Origin: an uncultured Gemmatimonadaceae bacterium
GTDB taxonomy: Bacteria; Gemmatimonadota; Gemmatimonadetes; Gemmatimonadales; Gemmatimonadaceae
Direction of reading: 5' to 3'
Length of the DNA: 64,000 bases
Assembly: GCA_963761305.1 (NCBI GenBank)
Contig: CAVXGK010000001.1
Location: forward strand, 1,536,001-1,600,000
The position numbers were made by a program, and so were the translations under genes. How positions within the stretch are numbered: the first letter of the stretch is position 1; every line of letters starts with the position of its first letter. The notes below the pieces were generated by a model. The model saw only the letters and a program-made list of their open reading frames with translations. It was not told where the DNA came from and did not search any database. This document shows, in pieces, positions 59,608 through 64,000 of the stretch.

Positions 59608-60117
59608 GTGCAGGCACGCATCGCCGGACTCGCCGCCGCGCTCACGATTGGCGCGTGCGCACACAACGCGTCCGCGCCGACGAGTCCCTCGACGCCCGTC
59701 GACGCGTTCGGCACGCTCAACGGCGCGCGCATCGAGCTGACCGCCCAGGGCGGAATCGCGGCGCTCTCCACCACGAGGCGTGTCACGCACGACGACCGCA
59801 CGTACGTGTTTTCGATGCGGCAGATCTGCGGCGCGACGTGCGCCGCGCCGATGGACTCCGCCTCGGGCGTGCTCTCGGCCGCCGCCGCCGACTCGCTGTT
59901 CAGCGTTGTGTGGGCGCTCGAGCCGATGCAGTTGCACGACGACTACAGCACGACCGCCAGCGCGGCGGACATGTTCGAGTACACGTTGCGCGTGACGTTC
60001 GATGCGACGACCAAGACGGTGCACGCCGACGACGGAACGATGCCGCCCGCGATGCGCCAGATGCTCGCCATCCTCGCCGGTACGATCGACACGGCTCGGG
60101 CGATCGCCAAGCGCTGA
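59608..60117 (+). CDS. Hypothetical lipoprotein
   Basis: Lipobox IGAC. GGIA and ADMFEYTL segments. Codon usage fits the surrounding genes. The start is 59608 (GTG) or 59581. Confidence 0.65.
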   Translation: MQARIAGLAAALTIGACAHNASAPTSPSTPVDAFGTLNGARIELTAQGGIAALSTTRRVTHDDRTYVFSMRQICGATCAAPMDSASGVLSAAAADSLFSVVWALEPMQLHDDYSTTASAADMFEYTLRVTFDATTKTVHADDGTMPPAMRQMLAILAGTIDTARAIAKR

Positions 60118-60173
60118 CCGCGTCGTCGCGCGCGGCGATTTGAATTATCATTGGTCGTCTCTTCGGCGACCGA

Positions 60174-61286
60174 ATGCGCGCGCTCCAGTACCTGTCCGAC
60201 CTCTACGACTACAACACGCTCCGTGAGTGGATGACGGCGGCGATCGTCGCCGTCCTCGTCTTCGTCGTCGCGATGGGCCTGCGAGCGCTCCTCGTGCGGC
60301 GGCTCGGTGCGCTCGCCGCGCGCACCACGACCCGCGTCGACAACATGGTCGTGGAGCTGATCGCGAAGACGCGCGCTTGGGTACTCGCCGTGTTCGCGCT
60401 GATGGCCGGCGCGGTGCAGCTGGCGCTTCCGGCGGGCATCATTGGGGGCGTCGATCTGCTGGAAAAGCTGGTTTTCCTATGGCAGACGGCGCTCTGGGGC
60501 GCCGCCGCGATCGGCTTCTGGGTCAAGCACTACTCGATCCATCGCACGGCCAGCAACGATCGCGCGAGCGTGACGATGATCACCGCGATCGGCGTCGGCG
60601 CCAAGATCCTGCTCTGGACGCTCGTGGTCCTCGGCGCGTTGCAGTGGGCGTTCGGCTTCCAGGTCGTTGGACTGATCGCCGGCCTCGGCGTCGGCGGCAT
60701 CGCCCTCGCGCTCGCGGTGCAGAACATCCTCGGCGACGTGCTCGCGTCGCTCGCGATCGTGTTCGACAAACCGTTCGACGTCGGCGACTCGATCGGCGTC
60801 GGCGACGTGAACGGCGTCGTCGAGCACATCGGCCTCAAGACGACACGCGTCCGCAGCATCACCGGCGAACAGGTGATCATCGGGAACGCGGACCTGCTCA
60901 AGAGCCGGTTGCACAACTTCAAGCGGATGTACCAGCGCCGCGTTGTGTTTCAGCTCCAGGTGGCATTCGACACGCCGGCCGACGCGCTTCAGCGTCTCCC
61001 GGCGATCCTCGAGCAGATCATCACGGCGCAATCGCCGGTGAGGTTCGACCGCTGCCACGTCGCGGGCTTCGGCGACGCGTCGATCCGGCTGGAAGCCGTC
61101 TACTACGTGCTGGACCCGGACTATAAGCGGTACATGGACATCCAGCAGGCGATCAATCTCGAGGTGCTGCGCCGCTTCGCGTCGGAGAACGTGCAATTCG
61201 CGTTGCCGACGCAGACGGTGATTCACCAGGGGCCGCTCGCGACCAAGCTTGCCGTGACGAGCGCGGAGCCCAAAGAGGCGGATTGA
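60174..61286 (+). CDS. mscS: Small-conductance mechanosensitive channel family protein
   Basis: GLGVGGIALALAVQ, DKPFDVGD, GVVEHIGLKTTR and GEQVII.N motifs. Confidence 0.9.
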   Translation: MRALQYLSDLYDYNTLREWMTAAIVAVLVFVVAMGLRALLVRRLGALAARTTTRVDNMVVELIAKTRAWVLAVFALMAGAVQLALPAGIIGGVDLLEKLVFLWQTALWGAAAIGFWVKHYSIHRTASNDRASVTMITAIGVGAKILLWTLVVLGALQWAFGFQVVGLIAGLGVGGIALALAVQNILGDVLASLAIVFDKPFDVGDSIGVGDVNGVVEHIGLKTTRVRSITGEQVIIGNADLLKSRLHNFKRMYQRRVVFQLQVAFDTPADALQRLPAILEQIITAQSPVRFDRCHVAGFGDASIRLEAVYYVLDPDYKRYMDIQQAINLEVLRRFASENVQFALPTQTVIHQGPLATKLAVTSAEPKEAD

Positions 61287-61288
61287 CG

Positions 61289-61426
61289 GGTGGACAGGTG
61301 GACAGGTGGACAGGTGGACAGGTGGACAGCGAGACGTCTGACGTCTGATATCCGACATCTGACGTCAGACTTCTCCGGCGACGTTCGTCCGTCTTCTCTA
61401 CCCGTCCACCAGTCCACCCGTCCACC
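61289..61426. repeat. Nested short tandem repeat and inverted repeat element between convergent genes
   Basis: Five exact GGTGGACA copies (61289-61328). Six degenerate GACGTCT heptamers (61333-61374). Three NGTCCACC copies (61403-61426), which are the reverse complement of the octamer. Confidence 0.9.
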
Positions 61427-61432
61427 CGCCCT

Positions 61433-62482
61433 CTAGACCAGTCCCGCGTCCGTGACCTCCGGATAGCTCCGCTGCACGCGCGAGATCTCTTCTGCCTGAC
61501 CGGGCGACAGCACTTCGTCGCGATCGAGGCACCAGATTCCGTCGAGCAATCCTTGCCGGCGCAACACTTCGTGAATTCCCGGAATGCACCCGCGGAATCC
61601 GTTGGTCGCGTCGAACACGGCGGCGTTGGCGTCGGTGAGCGCCGCGCCGTGTGACAACAGCGTCGGACCGAACTCGCCCGACGCGCGTGCGTCCTTGATC
61701 GCGGCAAGCAGAGCGACGGCGCCGCGCGTCCACACGGCCCACTGGCCGAGCAATCCGCCGTCGATCCAGCGCAGCACCGTCGTGCCGCCGACATTGATCG
61801 GAAACGGCGTGAGCAAGTCGGCGACGATGTTGTCGTCGTTGCCGGTGTACAGCGCGATGTCGTCGCGCCCCGCTTCGACCACCGCGCGCACGACGTCGAT
61901 CGTCTGGTAGCGGTTGAACGGCGCGATCTTGATCGCCCAGACGTTCGGGATCTCGGCGAACTCTCGCCAGAATCGATACGAGAGCACGCGTCCGCCGACG
62001 GCCGGCTGGAGATAAAATCCGAACAGCGGAAGAATGTCGGCGATGGTGCGACAGTGCTCGAGCAGCTCGTCGTCGCTCGCGTCGCCCAAACCGCCGAGGC
62101 TGAGCAGTCCGGCGTCGTAGCCGAGTGCGGCCGCCAGCTCCGCTTCGCTGCACGCTTGGGGCGTGCGACCGCACACGCCGGCGATCATCGCGAACGTGCG
62201 ATCGCGTTCGACGTTGGCGAGCGCTTCGTCGATCGCCAGCTCGAGCACGGGACGCAGCAGTCCCACACCGGAATCGCGGATCGCGAACTGCGTCGTGTGG
62301 ACGCCGACCGCCACACCGCCCGCGCCGGATTCGACGTAGTAGCGCGTGAGTCCGCGCTGGCGGCGTTCGTCGAGCGAGCGTGACGCGTCGAGCGCGAGCG
62401 GGTGCGCCGGAATCACCTGCCCGGAGCGCAGGTGTTCGCGCACGCTCGGTTTTGAACGTTCGGCGTTCTCAGAACTTTCCAT
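61433..62482 (-). CDS. DHDPS/class I aldolase-family protein
   Basis: IPAHPLA, GVAVGVHTTQF, GFYLQ, AIKIAPFNRY (candidate Schiff-base Lys) and YTGNDD motifs. ATG at 62482. Confidence 0.82.
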   Translation of the reverse strand: MESSENAERSKPSVREHLRSGQVIPAHPLALDASRSLDERRQRGLTRYYVESGAGGVAVGVHTTQFAIRDSGVGLLRPVLELAIDEALANVERDRTFAMIAGVCGRTPQACSEAELAAALGYDAGLLSLGGLGDASDDELLEHCRTIADILPLFGFYLQPAVGGRVLSYRFWREFAEIPNVWAIKIAPFNRYQTIDVVRAVVEAGRDDIALYTGNDDNIVADLLTPFPINVGGTTVLRWIDGGLLGQWAVWTRGAVALLAAIKDARASGEFGPTLLSHGAALTDANAAVFDATNGFRGCIPGIHEVLRRQGLLDGIWCLDRDEVLSPGQAEEISRVQRSYPEVTDAGLV

Positions 62483-63473
62483 CGCGCGTCTCGAATTTCG
62501 TCGGTTTGCCGAGCATGGGGCCGCCGTGCTCCACCCAATCGGCGACGCGATCCCGCATGTCGTCCGCACTCACGGCGGGCGGCGCGAACGACGACGAGAG
62601 CCGCGTCGTGTTGCTGAGCAGCGCGTCGGCGCGCTCCGTGCCCACGAAACGCGGCGGCTTGTTGAACCGCTCGCCGAACCACGTCCCCAGCTCGCGAACC
62701 GACAGCGTCTCGCGCCCGGTCAAGTTGAGTACGAACGGAGGGGCGTTGGCGAGCGGCAGCGATTCGATGGCGATGCGATTCGCGTCGCCCTGCCAGATGA
62801 CGTTCACGTAGCCCATGTCCACCGACACGGGCTCCGACCGATACACCTTGACCGCGATGTCGACGAGCACGCCGTATCGCAGGTCGATCGCGTAGTTGAG
62901 ACGGAGAATCGCGACCCGCGTTCGGTGCGTGCGCGCCGCGAGCTCGAACATGCGTTCACGCCCCACACACGATGCCGCGTACTCGCCGACCGGCGCGAGC
63001 GCGTCGCCCTCGCGTGAACCGCCCGCCTCCACCGGCGTCAGCGCGTAGACGTTGCCCGTCGAGAAGGCGACGATGCGCGACGCGCGATAGCGGTCGGCGC
63101 AGTACGCCGGCACCAGCGTGTTCATCCCCCACGTCATCGCCGGCGCGCCCGTCGTGCCGAACTTCTGGCCCGCCATGAAAATCACGTTCGGCGCGTCGGG
63201 GAGGGCCATGACGTCGTCGTGGTCGAGCAGATCGCACGACAGCGTCTCGACGCCCGCGTCCTCGAGATGCCGCCGCGCGTCGGCCGACGACCACCGTGAC
63301 ACGGCGATCACGCGCCGCGAGTCCTGCGCCGCGCGACGCGCCATGCGCGCCAGCGTCGGTCCCATCTTGCCGCCCGCCCCGAGGACGATGACGTCGCCCG
63401 GGCACGCGGCGAGGGCGGCCTCGGTTTCCGCTCTCGGTGCGGAGAGCGCCGCGTCGAGCTCGGCTTCGGTCAC
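62469..63473 (-). CDS. NAD-dependent epimerase/dehydratase family protein
   Basis: LGAGGKMG Rossmann motif. FSTGNVY, GEYAASC and RLNYA motifs. Confidence 0.82.
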   Translation of the reverse strand: MTEAELDAALSAPRAETEAALAACPGDVIVLGAGGKMGPTLARMARRAAQDSRRVIAVSRWSSADARRHLEDAGVETLSCDLLDHDDVMALPDAPNVIFMAGQKFGTTGAPAMTWGMNTLVPAYCADRYRASRIVAFSTGNVYALTPVEAGGSREGDALAPVGEYAASCVGRERMFELAARTHRTRVAILRLNYAIDLRYGVLVDIAVKVYRSEPVSVDMGYVNVIWQGDANRIAIESLPLANAPPFVLNLTGRETLSVRELGTWFGERFNKPPRFVGTERADALLSNTTRLSSSFAPPAVSADDMRDRVADWVEHGGPMLGKPTKFETRDGKF

Positions 63474-63478
63474 TCGGT

Positions 63479-63940
63479 CTACGCCGCCTCGGCGGCCGCG
63501 CGCTCGGCGTGTCGCTTGATGCGCGCGACCATCGCGTTGAGGCCCACCTCGCGGCCCGAAAGGCCGATGCCTTCCATCACCTGGTGCACGAAATCGCTCG
63601 GGATCGCCAGCGTCGTGGACGGCGGCTGCTCGTTGATGGCCAAGAAGAGGATGGCAAGAAACGCCGCCACGGTCGGGGATTGTTTGACGTCGAGCTCGGC
63701 GTAGAAATGCAGCTTGCCGTCGCGGAATTCCGGAAACAGCTCAACCGCCGTTTGGCACTCGGGCACGGCGAACTGAGCACGATCCAACTCGCGGAAGCGC
63801 GGCGGGACGGGCTCGAGCTTCTTGGAGTAATAGACCAGCGCCTGCATCTTTTCCTCGCGGCTCATCGCGCGAAATCGCGACAGCACGCGCTCGATGCTGG
63901 GCGGAAGCGGGGGGCGGTGCTGCGCTGGAACGTCGGTCAT
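63479..63940 (-). CDS. sufE: SufE-family sulfur acceptor protein
   Basis: Conserved-Cys segment VPECQT, then LHFYA, SPTV..F and LS.R..GL patterns. Confidence 0.75.
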   Translation of the reverse strand: MTDVPAQHRPPLPPSIERVLSRFRAMSREEKMQALVYYSKKLEPVPPRFRELDRAQFAVPECQTAVELFPEFRDGKLHFYAELDVKQSPTVAAFLAILFLAINEQPPSTTLAIPSDFVHQVMEGIGLSGREVGLNAMVARIKRHAERAAAEAA

Positions 63941-64000
63941 TCGTCCGGATTCAATGCCGGGCGTGGGACGGCGTCAAGCCGCGCCGGCGATACCGCCGCC

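Noticed and set aside
59581..59608. Head-to-head overlap of the methyltransferase and lipoprotein starts
   Set aside because: The overlap disappears if the GTG at 59608 is used. Both starts are too uncertain to claim anything unusual.
61289..61426. Possible CRISPR array
   Set aside because: The units are 7-8 nt and directly tandem, with no unique spacers and no cas genes in the window.

Overview
This is a very GC-rich, gene-dense bacterial window. The gene repertoire suggests Gemmatimonadota, but that is an inference and was not verified. The left part (1-24 kb) holds nadA (partial) and nadB, split by a secreted plug-like protein, then a BMP-type nucleoside ABC transporter, an MFS exporter and a lipoprotein metallopeptidase. 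It continues with a long minus-strand run: atypical receiver, GAF kinase, sucA, PIG-L deacetylase, small membrane protein, SSS symporter, ndh, PAS hybrid kinase and ANTAR regulator. The centre (24-58 kb) is a ~34 kb glucuronoxylan utilisation locus with a SusC/SusD-like pair, two GH10, GH67, a GH115-GH43 fusion, two GH3, an SGNH esterase, xylA/xylB, galM, a GPH symporter, an ABC transporter with no binding protein and a FadR-type regulator. It also has a UxuB-like SDR and a glucarate-dehydratase-like enolase in place of the usual uxaC/uxuA. Two promoters in this locus share a candidate operator at identical spacing. The right end has an RNA methyltransferase, a lipoprotein, MscS, a nested short-repeat element, a DHDPS-family/epimerase pair and SufE. 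No rRNA, tRNA, CRISPR array or transposase was recognised. All calls come from reading motifs by eye; no searches were run.
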